A stretch of 57,874 nucleotides of DNA, from contig DASXHH010000007.1 in the NCBI GenBank assembly GCA_036488585.1, positions 1 through 57,874 of the forward strand, given 5' to 3'. The translations under genes and the position numbers were made by a program. Under the pieces are notes generated by a model. The model was not told the origin of the DNA, searched no databases, and was given only the letters and a program-made list of their open reading frames with translations. Below, one piece after another: positions 28,244 to 35,821 of this stretch (position 1 is the first letter of the stretch; each line of letters starts with the position of its first letter). Source of the stretch: Candidatus Saccharimonadia bacterium. GTDB taxonomy: Bacteria > Patescibacteriota > Saccharimonadia > UBA4664.

Positions 28244-29947
28244 TTAGTTCGATGTGAACGTCAGACCCGTCATTGGGAACGTTTCAGTGCCGCTCGTCGA
28301 GCAGATCTCTACACCATACTCTAGCTGAGTGGGCACATCAGTGGACTTAACGAGACCTTGAGACTGGAGGTATTTCAGCGCGGACAAGATGTCGACGGAA
28401 CCAGATTGGGCCATAGTCTGTCGGAAGAACATCAGTTCTCCTCCGTTATTTTGGAACCAGTAGGGAACACCACCGAGCATAACGGTAACTGATTTGTTAT
28501 TGGGCCAGTAGAGCTGTGTCCCGGTCCACTGGTTCCAGATCATAATTTCGGTGCTCCAATTATTGAGCCACAAGTCGTACGCTGCGTCCCATGAGCCAGC
28601 TGCCGGAAAGTTCTCCGAAAACGTCGATGTAATCGAGTTGTACTGCGCAATTGTCTTGGTAGCATTCCCACGACCCGCGACATCATACTCGCTATCCGGA
28701 TAGGTCTCGACGGCACCACCATTATTTGGTTGGTTGGATACGGCATACCACGACGATTGATTGCATACGTACAGAGTCTGCGGACCATGAGACCCACTCC
28801 AGGCATCGTTATTTATCCACCACACACCGTCGGTGCCTAATGGGTCTGTACCCTGAGGGTCACTGCTACTCCAGGAGGGATTGGTACAGTTGCTACTCAC
28901 CGGGGTAGGTGTAGGGGTCGCAGGGGTCGCGGTTGGCTTTGGAGTGGCTTTGGGCGTAGCCGTAGGCGCAGGCGTCGCACTCTGAAAAGCGGTAGCTCCA
29001 ACGCCAAACTGCACCATGTGCCCATTAATAGCATTCGCGTTCGCTACCAGCTGAGCCCCACCAGAAACCTTGGCTCCAGATAGATCAATCATAATCGTGT
29101 CACTCTGAGCCGCCAAAGCCACTGCCGCCACCAACAGCCCGCAAATAACTCCAAACGCTATCGCTATCACAAGCGACTTGCGCCAACCATACCGGAGTGT
29201 GTCAAGGTTGCCGCCACTAGACGTTTCCGTCGCCAGCGATGGGTTCCCAGCCGTTTGAATCTGTCCGCTTGCCTTTCTCAGCCGCACTCGCCACATGACA
29301 TACAAGAAAGCCAGGCACAAAAGCGCTGCCAGGGCCGCAATGGAGGCCGCATTCTTTGCCGCCTGTATAACAGATGGCTTCAGCACCAACGGTTTTAGCA
29401 GCGCAGATGTCGCATTAGTGTTTGTGTCGGAATTAGCATTAACATAAACATTACTAGGCACGGGCGAATTCGAGCTACCGGTACTCACCTGGCCCTGCTG
29501 GCAATTAGTCCCATTACCGGTTGGAACGCAAGCGGTATTTGCAGTTAGCATGATTCGGTCTACGCCTACGCTTGCAGCTTGACCAGCGATCGTAAGCGTA
29601 TGCGCACCACTTGCCAGGTTAACGATTATCGGGTTAACCGTGCCGGCCGTATAACCCGACCAGTTAAACGCCCCCGCTGTCACCGTGCCGCCGCCAACGC
29701 TAATTGACGGGCAATCGTTGTCGAAATCGAGCTCAAAAGTATTGCTGCTCGAGCTAGGCGCCAGTATGTGCGCCCACAGCCGGTATGCACCTGATGTCGG
29801 AACGCTGAAAGTTGTGCTGGCTGTACCTTTATCCGTAGGAAGAGCGCATGTCGCAGCGTGAGCATGCAGGCTGATGTATATACCTACTATTGGTACTACC
29901 AGCAACACCAGTTTTAGCGGCAATGGAGCGTTTTTGAAAATATTCAT
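28244..29947 (-). CDS. bipartite surface protein: signal peptide + CBM-like beta-sandwich, two TM helices, PT linker, GH12 endoglucanase-like domain
   Basis: GH12 blocks are WWINNDAW, AAYDLWLNNWSTEIMIWNQ (nucleophile Glu) and QLEYGVEI (second Glu). The N-terminal domain (aa 34-150) is homologous to aa 362-479 of the GH26 protein. TM helices lie at about aa 201-219 and 259-280. Confidence 0.75.
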   Translation of the reverse strand: MNIFKNAPLPLKLVLLVVPIVGIYISLHAHAATCALPTDKGTASTTFSVPTSGAYRLWAHILAPSSSSNTFELDFDNDCPSISVGGGTVTAGAFNWSGYTAGTVNPIIVNLASGAHTLTIAGQAASVGVDRIMLTANTACVPTGNGTNCQQGQVSTGSSNSPVPSNVYVNANSDTNTNATSALLKPLVLKPSVIQAAKNAASIAALAALLCLAFLYVMWRVRLRKASGQIQTAGNPSLATETSSGGNLDTLRYGWRKSLVIAIAFGVICGLLVAAVALAAQSDTIMIDLSGAKVSGGAQLVANANAINGHMVQFGVGATAFQSATPAPTATPKATPKPTATPATPTPTPVSSNCTNPSWSSSDPQGTDPLGTDGVWWINNDAWSGSHGPQTLYVCNQSSWYAVSNQPNNGGAVETYPDSEYDVAGRGNATKTIAQYNSITSTFSENFPAAGSWDAAYDLWLNNWSTEIMIWNQWTGTQLYWPNNKSVTVMLGGVPYWFQNNGGELMFFRQTMAQSGSVDILSALKYLQSQGLVKSTDVPTQLEYGVEICSTSGTETFPMTGLTFTSN

Positions 29948-30063
29948 CTAAAACACTTATCCTAAGCTAATACTAGCAGATTTCTTAAACGTAGGCGTTT
30001 TAGGGGGCTGGTGTCAGGCTCTCAAGATATGCCGAAGGATAACACTTATGTTAATATTCCAGC

Positions 30064-30849
30064 ATGAAGCGTAGACACTTTGCCACGGCGGCCATCGTTG
30101 TTGCCGTCACCGGCGTTGGGTCATACATCTACGAAGACGTCACCGTACCAGACACGAACCCGCAAAATGCTAACGACCCCACCCGGTGGACTTCTCCCAG
30201 CACGAACGCGATTCAGCTGTACAGTTCCAGCATTGGCAACTTTGGCCTAGGCACTGCTGATGCTTGCTCCGGAGCTTCGTGCCCCGCACCTACCCCGGCT
30301 CCCACTCCCAAACCCACTCCAAAACCTACGCCCACCCCAACATCCGCCTCGTCACCCACTTCTGCTCCGGTATCAGGAGGCGCCCCCAACTCACCCGTTA
30401 CGGGCCCGGGCCAAACCTCGACCTCCGGACAAACCTCTGGCAGCAACCAAACTTCGGGCAGCACCGGTATGTCCAGTACAGATCAAACTGGCTCAACTCC
30501 GACAACCTCCACCAGCCTGAGCGCCAACCCCACCCCCGGCCCTGGCGGTGGCGGTGGCGGCGACGTAGCAACCACTTTGAATCCAGCATCACCCGAATCG
30601 TCTAACTTCCAACCCATTAGCAAAACCACCCTCACCGCATTTGCAGCTCAGTTTATTACCCGCCCGGTTGTGATCGGCGCCTACATCCTACTTGGACTCG
30701 TCACTCTCTGGACCGCAGCTTGGTTAGGCAGGTCGCTCCAGGGCTTCGCTCAACCCAAGAATATGAAGTTCATCAAAATCATCGTTGGAATTTCGCTAGT
30801 ACTATCTGTAGCCGCATTGGTCTGGCTGATTACGGTCGGATTGCTCTAG
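30064..30849 (+). CDS. Pro/Thr/Ser/Gly-rich low-complexity membrane protein
   Basis: N-terminal TM (ATAAIVVAVTGVG), about 130 aa of PT/S/G-rich sequence including GGGGGG, and two C-terminal TM helices. TGtTAATAT lies 6 nt upstream of the ATG. Confidence 0.5.
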   Translation: MKRRHFATAAIVVAVTGVGSYIYEDVTVPDTNPQNANDPTRWTSPSTNAIQLYSSSIGNFGLGTADACSGASCPAPTPAPTPKPTPKPTPTPTSASSPTSAPVSGGAPNSPVTGPGQTSTSGQTSGSNQTSGSTGMSSTDQTGSTPTTSTSLSANPTPGPGGGGGGDVATTLNPASPESSNFQPISKTTLTAFAAQFITRPVVIGAYILLGLVTLWTAAWLGRSLQGFAQPKNMKFIKIIVGISLVLSVAALVWLITVGLL

Positions 30850-32453
30850 AATCCGAACTCTTCGGAATGAATGTGCTGCTCCGGCACGCCCATCTTTACT
30901 AGCTGGCTGGTCACCGATCTCATCATGGCCGGCGGACCGCAGAGCAGGAAATCGTGAGCCGGTAAGTTCCCGGTATGTTGATCGATGAAAGTCGCCGACA
31001 AGTGGTTGCCATATCGATCGTTAATGTAGGGGAATACCCGGAAGGCCTGCCCGGGCCTGCGCGACTGGTGAGCCGCCAGCTTCTCCAGATCAATCAGCTC
31101 GCTATTGTTCTTCACGGTGTAGTACAGATCAATATTGTAAGGTCCATTCCCCAGAGCCTGAGCCATGCTCAAAAATGGTGTAATGCCAATCCCGCCGGCA
31201 ATCCACACCTGGTTCACATTGCCAAAGTTACGGTACGAAAATCGGCCATAAGCGCCTTCCACCCGTACCGTTGAGCCAACCAGGTAGGGGAGTAACTTGT
31301 TCAATGATTCGGTGTATGCACCCAGCGACCGAATATCCAGCGTCAGGCTCTTCGAAGTATCAGCCGAAGCTACGCTAAACGGATGCCATTCCCTGGTTAC
31401 TTTGTCACTATTTACCGACAGGAAAATAAATTGCCCCGGCTTAAAATGGATGGCCTTGCCCACCGGCTGCAACGTTACCTCTACCACGTTTGAGGCTTTG
31501 GGCACCGCCGATTGAATCGTATACAGATAGCGCCGCACAAAAACATCCGGCATCAGGGTTCGGTAAATGTAGGCCAAGGCGCCCACAATCAGCGTCCCAT
31601 ACATAAAAGCCGCCATATTGTGATCTCTCATTACCTGATTGGGCGTCAGAATAATATGCAGCGCAATCAGGAGATAGACCACCCCCAACAACCGATGCGT
31701 GCTCAGCCACAGCTTATAAGCCAGCTTAACGAACAATGTCAGCACCAACAGCACTATCATGGTGATGAGCGCGATGATACCGAAAGCCGACCCAATATAG
31801 GCTAGCTGCGGCACAAAGAAGTGCGCGACTACCGCTAGGCCGTACTCATAGTAGGAGGCCGCCGAGAAGAAGGGATGCATGAGCAGAATCATAAGCGATG
31901 CGCTACCCACAATTGCGTGACTGACGTAAACTCGGTTGAGGCCGCCAAACATGTTCTCGACCAAACCGATTCGAGTCGACAAAACCAATCCCCACACGTA
32001 TAAAACTAGCCCGATGATTCCAGAAATATCACCAAGCGTAAGCAGGGCATAAGACAAGTTGGCATACCTATCCGGGGAATCAAACGACAAAGCCAAAGTC
32101 GGCACGAGACATGTTAAAACAATGGCAATCCAACCCGACTTAGGCTGGACCATCGAAGCCACCTTACTGAGCGGAATAATATCTGGCGCAGTATAACCCC
32201 GAAAAGTCGGCCCGGCCTGCGGGGCGACTCCTAGCGATGCGAGTGCCCGAGCCAACGCACCCGGCGGTGCCGCCATAGCTGTTTGGCCTGTCCGAGCGGC
32301 AACCAGCGGACTCGTGGCAGTTGGTTGACCTGAAGGCAGAATCGGCAGCGCGGTCTCCTGCTGAGGCAAGCCGCTCAAGGCATCGCGGATCTGCTCGGTG
32401 CTTTTGCCCTCCCCGAGCATCCGTTGGACCATTTCAAGAGCTGTCTCTTCCAT
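30846..32453 (-). CDS. NOX/ferric-reductase-type flavocytochrome (6-TM bis-heme domain + FAD/NAD(P)H-binding FNR-like domain)
   Basis: His pairs are spaced 14 and 13 residues apart (HAIVGSASLMILLMH, HRLLGVVYLLIALH), as in NOX/FRE. FAD motif is WHPFSVAS, NAD motif is IAGGIGITPFLS, and the C-terminus has LLCGPPAMM. Confidence 0.8.
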   Translation of the reverse strand: MEETALEMVQRMLGEGKSTEQIRDALSGLPQQETALPILPSGQPTATSPLVAARTGQTAMAAPPGALARALASLGVAPQAGPTFRGYTAPDIIPLSKVASMVQPKSGWIAIVLTCLVPTLALSFDSPDRYANLSYALLTLGDISGIIGLVLYVWGLVLSTRIGLVENMFGGLNRVYVSHAIVGSASLMILLMHPFFSAASYYEYGLAVVAHFFVPQLAYIGSAFGIIALITMIVLLVLTLFVKLAYKLWLSTHRLLGVVYLLIALHIILTPNQVMRDHNMAAFMYGTLIVGALAYIYRTLMPDVFVRRYLYTIQSAVPKASNVVEVTLQPVGKAIHFKPGQFIFLSVNSDKVTREWHPFSVASADTSKSLTLDIRSLGAYTESLNKLLPYLVGSTVRVEGAYGRFSYRNFGNVNQVWIAGGIGITPFLSMAQALGNGPYNIDLYYTVKNNSELIDLEKLAAHQSRRPGQAFRVFPYINDRYGNHLSATFIDQHTGNLPAHDFLLCGPPAMMRSVTSQLVKMGVPEQHIHSEEFGF

Positions 32454-32461
32454 TCCTCCTT

Positions 32462-32471
32462 ATTGTACAAT
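32462..32471. promoter_or_regulatory. 10-bp palindrome ATTGTACAAT giving a TACAAT -10 box on both strands
   Basis: Plus-strand TACAAT (32466-32471) is 6 nt before ATG 32478. Minus-strand TACAAT (32462-32467) is 8 nt before ATG 32453. Only 24 nt separate the two ATGs. Confidence 0.45.
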
Positions 32472-32477
32472 GCCGCC

Positions 32478-33272
32478 ATGATAGTAAGGAAAAGAATTAT
32501 GGGAATGCCGGTGGTGCTTTGGGCCATCGGCTCGCCTAAGGCCGTCCAGGCCATTCAATCTGCCATCGTTTTTTTACACGAGGTCGACCAAACCTTTAGC
32601 ACCTTCAAGCCTACCAGCGAAATCAGCCGTCTAAACTCGGGTGAACTTACCTCCGAGCAGCTCAGCCAGCAAGTTAAGGATGTGCTTGCTGAATGCGAGC
32701 GCCTTAAGCAGATTTCAGACGGTTTCTTTGACGCCCACTACGGCCGACAGCTCGACCCATCTGGGTACGTAAAAGGTTGGGCCATCCGTGAGGCTGCCAA
32801 GATCTTGGAATCATTCGGCATCGACCGCTATTTGGTTGAGATCTCGGGGGATCTCCAGGCGAAGGGCGATGGACCCACCGGCGATGGCTGGGTGATCGCC
32901 ATCGCCAATCCCGCAGCCCCAGGCCGTGCCGCCACCTTTATCCGCTTGCACAGTGGCGCAGTGGCCACCTCGGGAATCTACACCCAGGGACTACATATCA
33001 TTAACCCCAAGACAGGGGAGCCGGTGAAAGATCCGCTCAGCCTGACCGTGGTGGGAGACGATATCGGGCTGGTCGACGCCTACGCCACCGCGGCGTATTG
33101 CATGGGCGCGCAGGGGCAAGGTCTCGCCTGGCTAAAACTCATGGGCTTCGAGGGCCTGCAGATCGACCACCGCGGGCAAGCCCTGGCCACCGACGGCTTT
33201 CAAAGCCTCGAAGCCCTGGCTAATTTGAAACCGGGTGAGCGGCCTCCTCATCGGCCACCGGCTCAGGATTGA
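32478..33272 (+). CDS. apbE: ApbE-family FAD:protein FMN transferase
   Basis: Contains FSTFKPTSEISRLN, GYVKGWA, GDGW and VATSGIY. The longest ORF starts at TTG 32424 and would overlap the divergent gene. Candidate starts are ATG 32478 (leaderless-type) or ATG 32499 (TAAGGA 8 nt upstream). Confidence 0.8.
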   Translation: MIVRKRIMGMPVVLWAIGSPKAVQAIQSAIVFLHEVDQTFSTFKPTSEISRLNSGELTSEQLSQQVKDVLAECERLKQISDGFFDAHYGRQLDPSGYVKGWAIREAAKILESFGIDRYLVEISGDLQAKGDGPTGDGWVIAIANPAAPGRAATFIRLHSGAVATSGIYTQGLHIINPKTGEPVKDPLSLTVVGDDIGLVDAYATAAYCMGAQGQGLAWLKLMGFEGLQIDHRGQALATDGFQSLEALANLKPGERPPHRPPAQD

Positions 33273-34686
33273 ACCACACACAGCCGTAGTTGGCCGCCAG
33301 CTGCTCAGCTGCCTTCGGCCCCCACGAACCTTTCTCGTACAGCTCGGGGCTCCCGTCGGAAGCCATCCACGCGTCAAGCACCGGCTGCAGCAACTCCCAG
33401 CTCGCCGTCACCTCTTCACTCGATGCAAACAAGGACTGATCACCGCGCATCGCGTCGATCAGCACGCGTTGGTATGAATCCGGCTGTGTGCCGGAGAAGG
33501 AATCCTGGTACAAGAAATTCATGTTCACCGGCTGCAGCCGATCGGTAAAGCCCGGCCGTTTCGCCAGCAGCTTTAGGAATATGCCCTCATTAGGCTGAAT
33601 CCGAATCACGAGTAAATTATCATTGGAGCCCGCTCGCAGCCGGTCTTTAAACACCACGCAGATTTCTGTAGCGGTCGTAGCCAACCCCTTGCCGGTTCTA
33701 AGCAATATCGGCACGCCGCCCCAACGCGTGTTCGCGACTTCAAGCTTGAGAGCCGCAAAGGTTTCGGTCCTGGTGTCCTCCTTCGCTACTTCGTCCCTGT
33801 AGCCTACATACTGGCCCCGCGCCGCCACTTCGTCGACGTGTTGCGGCTTTATTCGCTCAATGCTCTGTAGTAACCTGAGTTTCTCTTTGTGTATCCCGTG
33901 CGCCGACAGACTATCCGGACGCTCCATTAGTATCAGCGACACCAGCTGCATGAGGTGGTTTTGAATAATGTCCCGAAGCGCCCCCATATGCTCGTAAAAA
34001 TTCACCCGGCCTTGGATGCCAATCGATTCGGCCATCGTAATCTGAATGTGATCTATAAACTGCCGGCTCCAAATCCCTTCCACCAGCGGGTTTTCAAACC
34101 GAAAAGCCAGAATATTTTGCGCCGTCTCTTTCGCCAGATAATGGTCAATCCGAAAAACCTGACGCTCCTCAAAGTTTTTGGACAGATCTTTAATTAGCTC
34201 CTGCGAAGAGGCCAAGTTGTTACCAAACGGCTTCTCCACCAGCACCCGCACATCCACCCCCAGATCCGGCCGGTTCAGTCCCACCGAGCTCAAATTTTGA
34301 ATAACTTTCGTGAAGATATCGGGCGGAATGGCCAGATAAAACAGGCGGTTGTGCTTAACTTTTTCATCTAGCTGCTTCAAACAATCGCGTAAAGTTTTAA
34401 AATCATCCGGATTGGTCGAATCCATCTGAACGGGCACCAAGAAACGCCGCAGGGAAGCCAAGATATCAGGATCAAAATCTCTGTGATCCCGAAGTATCTG
34501 CAGCTCAGTCTGCTGCATAACCGACTCCACATCTGGCACGCCGTGAAATACGGCCACAATGCGAAAATCCTCAGGCAAACGTTTCTGGCGCTCGAGTTCG
34601 TACAGAGCCGGCATGAGTTTTCGTTGCGACAAATTCCCGGTGATCCCGAAAATGGTCAGCACAGTTGGGGGTAACGTATGTCTCAT
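33220..34686 (-). CDS. zwf: glucose-6-phosphate 1-dehydrogenase
   Basis: Contains IFGITGNLSQRKLMPALYEL, the active-site block RIDHYLAKE, and NHLMQL. Confidence 0.95.
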   Translation of the reverse strand: MRHTLPPTVLTIFGITGNLSQRKLMPALYELERQKRLPEDFRIVAVFHGVPDVESVMQQTELQILRDHRDFDPDILASLRRFLVPVQMDSTNPDDFKTLRDCLKQLDEKVKHNRLFYLAIPPDIFTKVIQNLSSVGLNRPDLGVDVRVLVEKPFGNNLASSQELIKDLSKNFEERQVFRIDHYLAKETAQNILAFRFENPLVEGIWSRQFIDHIQITMAESIGIQGRVNFYEHMGALRDIIQNHLMQLVSLILMERPDSLSAHGIHKEKLRLLQSIERIKPQHVDEVAARGQYVGYRDEVAKEDTRTETFAALKLEVANTRWGGVPILLRTGKGLATTATEICVVFKDRLRAGSNDNLLVIRIQPNEGIFLKLLAKRPGFTDRLQPVNMNFLYQDSFSGTQPDSYQRVLIDAMRGDQSLFASSEEVTASWELLQPVLDAWMASDGSPELYEKGSWGPKAAEQLAANYGCVWFNPEPVADEEAAHPVSN

Positions 34687-34717
34687 TCTCGCCGGCTCCC
34701 GTTAACGCTTTTGCCTG

Positions 34718-34726
34718 ATTATACCA
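34718..34726 (-). promoter_or_regulatory. extended -10 (TGgTATAAT) upstream of zwf
   Basis: The minus strand reads TGGTATAAT. A 31-nt leader carries GGGAG 9 nt before the ATG. Confidence 0.45.
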
Positions 34727-34794
34727 ACAATTATGAGTAGTGCCTTGGCATGGGAAACCGCTATACTGTTTGCAGGATAATTAAGGGCCGGCCT

Positions 34795-35697
34795 ATGCGT
34801 ATACGGCTAACCCCCATAACCTGGTTCGTCGTCCTCGCCGTAATTGCGGTTGGCCTCGCATTAGGCCTGCCACCCGACCCGCACGCCGTCAGCCAGCTCC
34901 ATGCCTCCCAAACTAGCTACCGCATAGCCATCGCCGTACTGCTCATACCTTACGTAATTATCTGGTACGCCAGCTTCTACGCCTTCGCCAAACTCCAAGA
35001 ATACTCCCGCCCAATTAGACACACAAAGGATGGTGCCGCCTTCCACATCCTCACTATTGGAACGGGCACCGTAGCCTTCAGTCTGGTCGTCCCCACCATT
35101 ATTGCCTACCTTTTAAGTATCATTACCGCCCACTACCATTCCTTCCACCCAGCCGCTGTAATTATTAACGACTACCTCGGTCTATTCCCGGGCCTAGTGG
35201 CTTTCCTACTCATATATAACGGCGCCCGCATGCTCGTCAGTACCACGGATGTCAAAACCCACCATCCTGACCTGCGCTGGCACGCACCCTGGTTTCTGCT
35301 GCTAAGTGCCACCTTCGCCTACCTTGCCATTCAAAACCAATATCAATCCAACCCCTACCACTTAAACAACGTCTGGATTTTGGTCGCAACCTATATTGTC
35401 CCGTTTCTGTACGGCTGGATGGTTGGCCTGCTTGCAGCCGACGCCCTGAGCGTCTACGCCAAGACCGTCAAAGGCCTGCTCTACAAACGCGCCGTTAAAC
35501 AGCTAGCCAACGGCATCGCCATTACCGTCTGGGGCTCCATCGCCATCCAGTTTGTCAACGCCACTCTCGCTCAACGCATTAACCATTCCCTTGTTTCGGT
35601 TCTCTTGGCCGACTACGGACTGCTCATCATTGTTCTAGTTGGGCTCGTGTTTATGGCCCTCGGGACCAAGAAGCTCAAGTCGCTCGAAGACATTTAG
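34795..35697 (+). CDS. polytopic membrane protein, unknown function
   Basis: About 8 hydrophobic helices. The longest ORF starts at ATG 34750, and ATG 34795 has AAGGG 7 nt upstream. Confidence 0.5.
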   Translation: MRIRLTPITWFVVLAVIAVGLALGLPPDPHAVSQLHASQTSYRIAIAVLLIPYVIIWYASFYAFAKLQEYSRPIRHTKDGAAFHILTIGTGTVAFSLVVPTIIAYLLSIITAHYHSFHPAAVIINDYLGLFPGLVAFLLIYNGARMLVSTTDVKTHHPDLRWHAPWFLLLSATFAYLAIQNQYQSNPYHLNNVWILVATYIVPFLYGWMVGLLAADALSVYAKTVKGLLYKRAVKQLANGIAITVWGSIAIQFVNATLAQRINHSLVSVLLADYGLLIIVLVGLVFMALGTKKLKSLEDI

Positions 35698-35821
35698 CTA
35701 CCACCAACCGCACCGTTCTATAAATCAAAAACTTCTATTAACCGCGAGCGCCAAGTCATAAAATTCTTGCGCCGTTTTTTTTGTTAAGCGCAATCTTTAT
35801 CTGGGGTGTAAGATAAGTAAT

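Noticed and set aside
32454-32461. AAGGAGGA as the Shine-Dalgarno sequence of the NOX-like gene
   Set aside because: It abuts the ATG with essentially no spacer, which is too close for SD function. It would also lie upstream of the predicted TSS if the TACAAT box is used. Its role is left open.
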